NCBI GenBank assembly: GCA_051294375.1
Contig: JBJCIZ010000060.1
Location: 1-21,165 of the forward strand
Origin: Paraspadella gotoi
Taxonomy: Eukaryota; Animalia; Chaetognatha
Reading direction: 5' to 3'
Length of the DNA stretch: 21,165 nt
Numbering within the stretch: position 1 is the first letter of the stretch; each line of letters opens with the position of its first letter. Positions 1 to 10,116 of the stretch are shown here, in pieces. The notes under the pieces were generated by a model that did not search any database, was not told the origin of the DNA, and worked only from the letters and a program-made list of their open reading frames with translations. The position numbers were made by a program, and so were the translations under genes.

Positions 1-25
1 AAAAAAAAAAAAATAAAATAAAAAA

Positions 26-77
<52 letters not shown>

Positions 78-102
78 AATTATTAAAAAAAAAAAAGAAA
101 AA

Positions 103-153
<51 letters not shown>

Positions 154-198
154 AAAATAATAAAAATAAAAAAAAAAAAAAAAATAAAAAAAAAAAAG

Positions 199-229
<31 letters not shown>

Positions 230-245
230 ATTAAAAAAAAAAAAA

Positions 246-316
<71 letters not shown>

Positions 317-362
317 AAAAAAAAATAAAAAAAAGAAAAATAAAAAAAAAAAAAATAACAAA

Positions 363-452
<90 letters not shown>

Positions 453-547
453 AAAAAAAAAATAAAAAAAAAAAAAATAAAAAAAAATAAAAAAAAAAAT
501 AAAAAAAAAAAAAATAAAAAAAAAGAAAAAAGAAAATAAAAAAAAAA

Positions 548-585
<38 letters not shown>

Positions 586-621
586 AAAAAAGAAAAAAAA
601 AATAAAAAAAAAAAAAAAAAA

Positions 622-653
<32 letters not shown>

Positions 654-912
654 TAAAAAAAAAAAAAATTATAAAAAAAAAAAAAAAGAAAAATAAAAAA
701 AAAAAAAAATAAAAAAAAAAAAAAAGAAAGAAATAAAAAAAATTAAATGAAATTAAGTTAAAATTTAAAAAAAAATATAATTAATTTAAATAATTAAAAA
801 AAAAAAAAAATAAAATAATAAAAAAAAAAAATATTTAAAAAAAAAAGAGATTATTTAAATTAAAATTTAAAAATAAAAATTTTTTAAAAAAAAAAAAAAA
901 AAAAAAAATAAA

Positions 913-982
<70 letters not shown>

Positions 983-1038
983 TAAAAATAAAAAAAAAAT
1001 AAAAAAAAAAAAAAAAAAAAAATAAAAAATAAAAAAAT

Positions 1039-1073
<35 letters not shown>

Positions 1074-1364
1074 AAAATAAAAAAAAAAAAAAAAAAAAAT
1101 AAAAAAAAAAAAAAAATAAAAAAAAAAAAAAAATAAAAATTTAATATAAAAAAAAAAAATAAAAAAAAATTTATAAAAAAAATAAAAAAAAAAAATTAAA
1201 TAAATTATAAAAAAAAAAAAAAATAAAAACAAAAAAAATTTAAAAAAAAATATAATAAAAAATAGAATTTATAATTAAAAAATAAAATTAAAAAAATAAT
1301 AAAAATAAAATAAAAAAAAAAAAATAAAAAAAAAAAAAAAAAAAAAAAAAATAAAAAATAAAAA

Positions 1365-1437
<73 letters not shown>

Positions 1438-1441
1438 AAAA

Positions 1442-1525
<84 letters not shown>

Positions 1526-1806
1526 TATAAAAAAAAAAAAAAAAAAAAAAAAATAATAAAATAAAAAATATAAAGAAAAAATAAATAATATAAAAAAAAA
1601 ATAATTAATAGAGAAATACAAGAAAAATAAAAATAAAAATTATAATTTATAAAAAATAAAAAAAAAAAAATAAAAAACGAAAAATTAAAATTAAAAATAA
1701 AAAAAAAATATAAAAAAAAATTAATAATAAAAAAAAAAATTACAAAATAAAAAAAAAAAAATAAAAATAAAAAAAGAAATAAAAAAAAAAAAAGATAAAA
1801 AATAAA

Positions 1807-1840
<34 letters not shown>

Positions 1841-1869
1841 AAAAAAAAAAAAATAAAAAAAAAAAAAAA

Positions 1870-1916
<47 letters not shown>

Positions 1917-2373
1917 AAAAAAAAAAAAAAAAAATTAAAAAAAAAAATAAAAAAAAAAAAAAAATAAAAAAAAAAAAAATAAAAAAAAAAAAAAAAAAAA
2001 AAAATAAAAATAATTAAAAAAATAAAAATAAATATTATAAAAAAAAAAAAAATTTAAGTAAAAAAAATTAAAAAAAAAAATAAAAATAATTAATAAGTAA
2101 AAAAAATAAAAAAAATTAAAAAATAAAAATAAAATATATAAAAAAAAATAAAAGTTAATAATATTATTTATTAATAAAAAAAAAAAATTGTAAAAGAAAA
2201 AAAAAAAAAATAAATAATCTAAAAAAAAAAATTTTAAAAAAAATAAAATAAAAAAAAAATTAATAAAAAAAAGAAAAAAAAATAATAAAAAAATAAAAAT
2301 TTTTAAATAAGATTAAATAAAAATAAAATAAAAATAAGAAAAAAAAAAAAAACATAAAAAAAAAAAAAAAAAA

Positions 2374-2411
<38 letters not shown>

Positions 2412-5082
2412 AAAAAATAATAAAAAAAAAAATTAAAAAAAATAAAAAAAATTAAATTAATAAAAAAAAATTATTTTTTAAAATTATTTAAATATTTATT
2501 TATAATTAATAATAATAAATATAAAGTTTTTTATTTTATTATTAAAAAAAAATTATATAATTTTTTAAAAATTTTTTAAATTAATATTAAATTATTATAT
2601 TTTAAATTTTATATTAAGTAATAAGTTTTATTTTTGTTAATATTATAAATTTTAAAAAATTATTAAAGATAATTTTGTTGTAAATAATTTATTTTTTTAA
2701 TTATTTTTAATAATTTTTATTTCTTCTTAAAATTTTTAAATTATTATTTTAAATATTTTTTCTTTGGTGTTTTTTTTTTTTAAATTTAAATTAAATTTTA
2801 AATTTATATAATATATTTTTTTTTATTTTTTAAATATAAATTTAAAATTTATTAATTATTTTATATAAATAAAAGTATTATTATTATAAAATATAAATTT
2901 TATTATTAATTTATAATTTAATAATAATAAATATTATAAATTTTTTAATTAAATTTTTAAAAAATAAAAAATATATATTAATTTAAAAATATTAAATCAA
3001 TTAATAAAATTATTAGAATTTTTAATAATATTAATTTATATATTTAAAAAATTTAATAATTTATATATATAAATATAATAATTAATAATTAATTTATTTA
3101 TTTTATTTTATAAATTTATTTAATTTTTATTTTTATTTTTATTATTTTTATTAATAAAAAATTTAATTTTTTTAATTTTAATTATATTAAAATTTTATAG
3201 AATTTATAAATAATTATATTTATTTTTTTTTAAAAACATTTTAATTTAACTAGTATTTTTTATTGTTTATTTTAAAATTTTTAATTAAATTTTAAAATAA
3301 AATTTATTTTAAAATAAATATATTAATTTTAATTTATTATATTTTTTTTAATGTATAAAATTTATTAAATTAACTTATTTATTAAAAAAATAAAAGTAAA
3401 AAAAAAAAAAAAAAGAAAAAAATAAAAAAAAAAAAAAATAAAAAAAAAAAAATAAAAAAAAAAAAATAAATAAATATTAAAATTTTTAAATATTGTAATT
3501 TTAATTTTAATAATTTATAAAATAAAAAATTAAAAAAATTTAAATTCTTTTTTTTATTAAATATTAAAATTAAAATAAATAATTAATTAAAGATAAAAAA
3601 ATTTAAAAAATTTTAAAAAAAAAAAAAAAAAAAAAAAAATTAATTTAAATAAATAAATTTAAATATTTATTATAAAATATAAAAATTTAATATAAATAAA
3701 ATTTAAAATTATAAATTAGAAAAAATTATTTAAAATAAAAAATATAAAGAAATTGATGTGTTTTAAAAAAAGTAGTGTGTAAAGTAAAGTTAAAAATAAA
3801 AAAAAAATTAAAAAGTGGGGTAAATGTTTAAATTAATTTTTTAATATTATTTTAAGTGTAATAATGTGGTATTGGTGTTGGTAGTGTAGTTAAAGGAAGT
3901 TTGTTAAATATTATTTTTAATGTTAAGTTTTAAAACTGTTTAAATAAATTTTTAAAAAATTTTTAATAAAAAAATTATTATATTTTTTTTAATTTTTTAA
4001 ATAATTATGTAAAATTTAAAATTTGTAAAAATTGGTTTTGATTTAATATAGTTGTTTTGTTAATATTTGTTAAATAATTTAGTTAATGTATGTAATTAAA
4101 AAAAGTGGTGTATAATGGTATAACTTAGATGTAAGTAATGTAAATAAGTTTTTTTAGTTAATGTTATGTAAGTTGTTAGAGTATAATGTTTTTAAAAAAT
4201 TGAGTTTTTGTGTTAAAGGTAAGATTTGTTTTGTTAAAGTTGGAGGGGGTGTAAAGAACTTAAATAGTAATTAGAGTATAGAATAGTAAAAGTAAATTAT
4301 AGAATGTAAAAGATAGATAAAGGTAAAAAATGTGTAAAGATTAAAGTTTTTTTTTATTGTTAGTATTAGTAGGGTTTATGTAAAGGTGTTAATTTTGGGT
4401 GTATATTAGTATGGGTTTAAGATATAAGGATGAAAAGATTATAGTAGTAGGGTATTTTTAAGTAATTAATGAGGTTTAAAATTTGTGTGTGTAGGTAATG
4501 TGTAGGTAAATAAAATTGGGTTGTATGGTAAGTATTGATGTTGTGTTATTTTAATGAGTAAGTAATGTAAAGTTGAAGAGTTAAGATTGGGTAGAGGGGG
4601 GTGATAGGGTGGGGGTAGTGGTTTTTGTGTGGGGTTGGTGTGTGTGAGGTAGGGGTGTGGGTATTTGGTGTGTGGTTTTTGTTTGGGTGTGGTGTTTGTT
4701 TATGGTTGGGTAAAGGGTTAGATATATTGTAATTGGGTAAGGGTTGGTGTTTAGTTTGTTTGTATTTAATATAAGGATACTGTAATATTAATATGTTGTG
4801 GTGGTATAGTATATTGGTGTAAGTGGTATGAGTAGTATTTAATAATAGGTGATTAAGGTATAATTGTTATTTGTTGATAGGTAGGGTTAGGTATGTGTGG
4901 TTATTGTTTGAAATTTGGTTTAAAAAGAAATTTTAAAGGTTAGTGTTAAGTTAATAATGAAAATTAAAGGTTATGTATGGATTAATATAATATTTTTTAA
5001 TAAAAAAAGTAAATAACAATATTAAATTTTATTTAAATTAAAAAAAAATTTTAATAAAAAAAAAAATAAAAAAAAAAAAAAA

Positions 5083-5115
<33 letters not shown>

Positions 5116-7743
5116 ATTATAAAAATTAAAAAAAAAAAAAAATTAAATAAAAATAAAAAAAAAAAATTAAAAAAGATTAAAAAATATTTAAATTTATAAA
5201 AATTATATATTTAGTTATGGTTTTAAGTTATGTGTATAGATTTAGTAAGGTATAAGTAGAAAATTAAATAATATGATTATTGTAGTTATAGAGAGATAGT
5301 AAAAAGTGTTATAAGTAGTATAAATTGGTAGTGTGAAGATGGTATTTGTGTATAATTATATTAGAAGGATGTAATAGAGTTATTGATCGTAGAAAGTTAT
5401 TATAAAATATTAAGAGGTTGTTTGTAGTAAGAAAAAATTTGATTAAGAGTATTAAAAGAAAGAAAGAAAAATAATTAAATATTAAAGTTTAAGTTATTTA
5501 TTTAATAAAATAGGGTAGGTTAAAGAAAAAATATTAAAATTAAAATTAATTTAATTAATTATTTAAATTTTTAAAATTTATTTATAATACTAAAAATTTT
5601 AATTGTTATAAATAATTTAATTTTAATTTTTATTTAATAAAGATATTAAGATTTAGGTATTAGTGTAATATAAAAAAAAATAAATAAAAAAATATATAAA
5701 TATTACTAAGTAAAAAAAAAAAAAATAAAAGAAAAATAGTAAAAAGAAAATAATATAAAAATAGAATAAAGTTATAAAATAAGATAAAGTAAAAAAAAAA
5801 TGTGGTGGAAAATTAAATTTAAAATGTGTGGGTAATGAATAAATTTTGGGGTGGAGGGAGGGGTAGAGTGGGGGGGTGGTAGGGTGGTAAAAGTGAGTTA
5901 AGGAGAAGGTAGAAGGGAGAGAAGGAGAGAGGAAGAAGGAGAGGAGGAGGAGATGGGAGATGTTTATGTGTGTTGGGGTAAGTTAGTATGAATGAGGGTG
6001 TGTTATTAGTTGTTAATGTATGTAAAAAAGTTTATAAGAATGGGTAAGTGTTAATGGTTTAGGGTGTTAAGTTTTAAAGTGGTGTCTTCTATGTTAATTT
6101 GTTGTTGTTATAAGTAAAAATTTAGTTGTAGTTTTTTTTAAAATTTTTTAAATATTTGTGGTTAAAATATGTTTAAGGTTTGTTTGGGGGTATTGTTTTG
6201 TAAGTATGTGGTGTAATTTAATTTTTTTTGTGTAATGTGTAATTAATTTTTATTTTTATGTTTTTTAATTTTTTTGATTTTTTATATAATATGTTTTATT
6301 TTTTATTGTTGGGGGTGTGAGGGTGGGGGGTTATATTTTGTGTAAAGGGGTGGGTGGGTTAAGAAATATTATTTTGGGTGGGTGGGGTGGTGTGGTAAAG
6401 GTGAGGGTTTGAAGTTAAAGTAGGGGTGTTGTTTAATGTTTTTTTTATTATTTTTTTATTATTTATTTTTTTTTTATTTTATATTTTTTTTTTTATATAT
6501 TATTATAATATTTTAAAGTTTAATATTTTTATATAATTTAATAATAAAAAAAAAATAAATATAAAATGTAATAAATTTAAATAATAAATATATTATATTT
6601 AGATTTGTGGGTAGAAGTGTTAGAAAAGAAGAGAAATGTATTAAGTTTATTGTGAAGAAGTTTGGTAAGAGTAAAAAATTGTTTATATAATAAATAAGTT
6701 ATGATTTTATTTATATTTGTTTTTTTTTTTATATTTTGTTTTTAGAATAAGTTGGGTGTTGTTGTATATATGAAGATGTTTAAGTAGGTATGTTATTAGA
6801 TAAGTGATAGTTTGGTGGGATAAGGAATAGATATGGTTAAGTTAGGTTGTTTTTGTAAAATAGATGTAATTGGTAGTAATAAGGTTGTAGGTATAAAAAG
6901 AGATAAGAGATAAATAATAGAGATTGGTATTGATTGTGTAGATTTAAAAAAGTAAGATATTTTGTTTTGTATTTAAAAAAGAAAATAAAATTATTTGTAG
7001 ATGTGTAATATTATTTATTTGAAATTTTATTAAATTGTTAATTTTTTTATTAATTTTTGTTTTGTTTAATTTGATTTTATAGTTTTTTATCTTATTTTTT
7101 TTTTAAAATTGTTAGTATTTAAAGTAAATAAGTCTGTATATTTTTTTAAAAAGATTTTAATATTATTATTTTAATTTAATTAAATTTAGTATTAAGATTT
7201 GTTAAAAAAATTAAATTTATATAGGTAATGTAAAAATTAAAATATGGAAGTTATAATTAATATTTAAATATTTTAAATATTATTTTTATTAATAAGTTAA
7301 AAATTTATTAATATATAATTACAAAGTAAATTTTGTAGTTGTTGTTTTTATATTAGTTGAATATTAATATTTTTTGGTAGTATTTTAAAATAAAGAGTGT
7401 TATGTTTTAGAATTTTTTATAATTTTTTTTTTTTTTCTTAATTTTTAAATTTTATTATTATTTTTTTTAATTTTATTTTAAATGAGATTTGAATTGAATT
7501 TAAATAAAAGAGAGAAAGGAGGTAGAGAATAGTTAATGTAGAAAAAAAAGTAATGTTTAAAAAATGTAATAATGTAAAAAAATAAGAAATAAATTTAAAA
7601 AAAGAGAGAAAAAAATAAAATATTAAAAAAAAAAACATATAAAAAATATGTTGAATAGTTAGTGATGTACATAGTGTTGTATTTAAAGAATTAAAATTAT
7701 ATTAATATTTATTTTAATAGTAAAGTAAAGATTAAGGTTTTAG
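1..7743. other. Low-complexity, C-depleted sequence (poly-A, AT-only and G/T-rich blocks); probable long-read/assembly artefact
   Basis: C is nearly absent on the + strand for 7.7 kb. 1-2470 is interrupted poly(A); later blocks are A/T-only or G/T/A. Only poly-Phe ORFs occur. Composition switches abruptly to normal at ~7750. Confidence 0.8.
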
Positions 7744-8590
7744 AAAAAAAGGCCTCCAGGTTAATGCCCTGCTCCTTGGCCTCCGTCCAGCCTATTCTCA
7801 TTACCACAATTTTATTATTTTTTTAAAAGAAAAAAGGCCTCCAGGTTAATTTGCCCTGCTCCTTTCCTCCGTCCGGCCTATCTCATACCACAATGTTAAT
7901 ATTTTTTAAAAAAGGCCTTCCAGGTTTTAATGCCCTGCTCCTTTCCTCCGTCCGCCTATCTTCATACACACATGTGTATTATTTTTAAACAAAAGGCCTC
8001 CAGGTTAATGCCCTGCTCCTTCTCCAGTCCGCCTATTTCTCATACACAATGTTAATAATTTTTAAAAAAGGCTCCAGGTTTAATGCCCTGCTCCTTCCTC
8101 CGTCCCGGCCTATCTCATACACAATGTTTATATTTTTTTAAAAAAGGCCTCCAGGTTTAATGCCTGCTCCTTTGTCCTCCGTCCGCCTATCTTCAGTACA
8201 CAATGTTATATTTTTAAAAAAAAAGGAGCCTCCAGCGTTAATTGCCCTGCTCCTTCCTCCGTCCGCCGTTCTTTCATACCAATGTTATATTTTTAAAAAA
8301 AGGCCCTCCAGGGTTAATGCCCTTGGCCTCCTTCCTCGTCCGCCTATTCTCATACCACCAATGTGCTATATTTTTAAAAAGAGGCCTCCAGGTTAATTGC
8401 CTGCTTCCGTTCCTCCGTTCGCTATCTCATACAGCAATGTTATATTTTTTAGAACAAGGCCTCCAGGTGGTAGATGCCGCTGCGGCGGTGCCTCCTCGCG
8501 TCCGCCCTATCTCATACACAATGTTATATTTTTTAAAAAAAGGCCTCCAGGCGTTTAAATGCCCTGCTCCTTTCCTCCCGTCCTGCACCA
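7744..8590. repeat. Tandem minisatellite, ~73-bp consensus, ~10.5 copies
   Basis: GGCCTCCAGG-like starts at about 7751, 7836, 7914, 7995, 8070, 8146, 8225, 8302, 8383, 8458 and 8542. Consensus GGCCTCCAGGTTAATGCCCTGCTCCTTCCTCCGTCCGCCTATCTCATACACAATGTTATATTTTTTAAAAAAA. Differences between copies are mostly small insertions, typical of raw long-read error. Confidence 0.92.
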
Positions 8591-9103
8591 TCTCGTCCAA
8601 GCTTGTGGCGATGTAGGGAGGCAACGGCCATCGCCGGGCGCCAGGCCACCGGATGTTGGTTAGATCTTCAAATTTGGATGTAGCGAGGTGAAATACTGGA
8701 GGAGAGAGAATTGTAGAATGGAAAGTTTTCTTTTTAAAAATTTTAAATAATATTGATTTAAAACCATACGATTAAAATTCATTTATTTTTTTTCTTGTTT
8801 AGTAAAACTACTTTGTTTTATTTTTAAATGCAAATAATTATGATTAATCCTATGGGGTATGCTTGCGAGAGAGCATTCTGGGAACGAAGCTAAAGGGTTC
8901 TGATCTTGCTTTGCAATATTTAAATGAGGATACAATACTAAAATAGTGGTTTGCCTTTTTTGATCACACAAATAAAATTAAATTGTATAATTGTTGATTT
9001 CATTTTCCTTTTTTATGTCAAATATAACTTTTATTTAATTTCAACAGCAATTCGGGTTATTTTTTTTTTTATCTGCCCCGAATCAAAATGTGATTAAAAA
9101 AAA

Positions 9104-9106
<3 letters not shown>

Positions 9107-9140
<34 letters not shown>
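9107..9140. repeat. (AG)17 microsatellite
   Basis: Perfect AG dinucleotide run. Confidence 0.95.
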
Positions 9141-9144
<4 letters not shown>

Positions 9145-9254
9145 TTAGAATTCGGAATGATTCGTTAAATCGAGCATGTTCATTTTTAAAGAACTAGAGA
9201 AAATGAAGAAAATATAAATATCAATTAATTCGGCTCCGGGCTTTTGTATTTTTA

Positions 9255-9434
9255 AATAAAATGATCTTGCAGGAATAAGTTTGATTTGTTTGTGACAACG
9301 ATTTGTTTTATTTCAGTTTCGAAACGGACATGTTTCGGCTTTGAATACAAGTCTTCTTCAGCATTGACAGATTATTATTCCTGCAAATTCCTAAAGCAAC
9401 GAAACGAAAGGATTATACAATAATAAAATGATCT
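9255..9434 (-). mobile_element. Short Penelope-like/retrozyme-type insertion with 13-bp target-site duplication
   Basis: AATAAAATGATCT direct repeat at 9255-9267 and 9422-9434. Internal 12-bp inverted repeat TTGCAGGAATAA (9267-9278) / TTATTCCTGCAA (9375-9386) brackets a hammerhead-like motif, with AATAAA 3' of it on the minus strand. Confidence 0.6.
9323..9365 (-). ncRNA. Minimal type-I hammerhead ribozyme (Penelope-type), probably degenerate
   Basis: Minus strand reads AATG-CTGAAGA-AGACTTGTATTCAAAGCC-GAAAC-ATGTC-CGTT. This gives the CUGANGA and GAAA cores, a palindromic ACATGT stem III with a GUC site, and a short stem I (AAUG/CGUU). Stem II has an A-C mismatch. Confidence 0.6.
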
Positions 9435-9731
9435 AACAATAAATAATATAGATCAATAAAACAGCTTTTATTTGTTCAGTTGATTAAGATAAGTGTTCTT
9501 TTGTTACCAGACTTGTCATCATATTTTAGGTTGAAAATTTCGCTTGAAGTCGCTGTTGACAAATCAAAATAAACTAATTAGAAAGTTCTGCTAGAAAGAT
9601 TTTTTAGACTTTTAGATTTTTTTTAGAAATTTTAAAAATGTGAAGAATATATTTAAGTCTGTTATTGTGTCTACAAATTTCGTCAGAAAGTCTCGTCAAA
9701 AATTATTGTCCTTAAGTGCTACCACTGATTT

Positions 9732-10068
9732 CCGCCGCCGAGAGTGTCGCCGCCAACTAGTGCCGCCGCCCAGTGCCACCGCCGAGTGCCGCCGCCTTCA
9801 AGTCTCGCCGCCAGCAAGTCTCGCCGCCAGCAAGTCTCGCCGCCAGCAAGTCTCGCCGCCAGCAAGTCTCGCCGCCGCCATTAAGTGCCGCCGCCATTAA
9901 GTCTCGCCGCCAGCAAGTCTCGACGCCGCCGAGTGACGCCGCCAGCAAGTCTCGCCGCCGCCAAGTGCCGCCGCCATCAAGTCTCGCCGCCAGCAAGTCT
10001 CCCCGCCGCCGAGTGCCGCCGCCGAGTGCCGCCGCCATCAAGTCTCGCCGCCATCAAGTCTCGTCAAA
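9732..10068. repeat. GC/CpG-rich composite minisatellite (CAAGTCTCGCCGCCAG and GAGTGCCGCCGCC units) directly upstream of the transposase
   Basis: About 20 imperfect 13-17-bp units. AAGTCTCGTCAAA occurs on both sides (9688-9700 and 10056-10068). The array ends ~50 bp before the ATG. Confidence 0.9.
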
Positions 10069-10116
10069 TTTTTTTTGTCTCTGAATCTCCTCCAAATCTT
10101 GTCTCTTTTTTCTATC

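Noticed and set aside
83-7638. Poly-Phe/Ile ORFs on the minus strand
   Set aside because: Translation of poly(A) low-complexity sequence; not genes.
7744-8590. CRISPR-like array, and ORFs 8160-8624
   Set aside because: Contiguous tandem units with no unique spacers, in a eukaryotic context; the ORFs are repeat read-through.
10075-10116. ORF-track start at 10075
   Set aside because: Non-ATG start; the first ATG at 10117 (ATCATGG) has good eukaryotic context.
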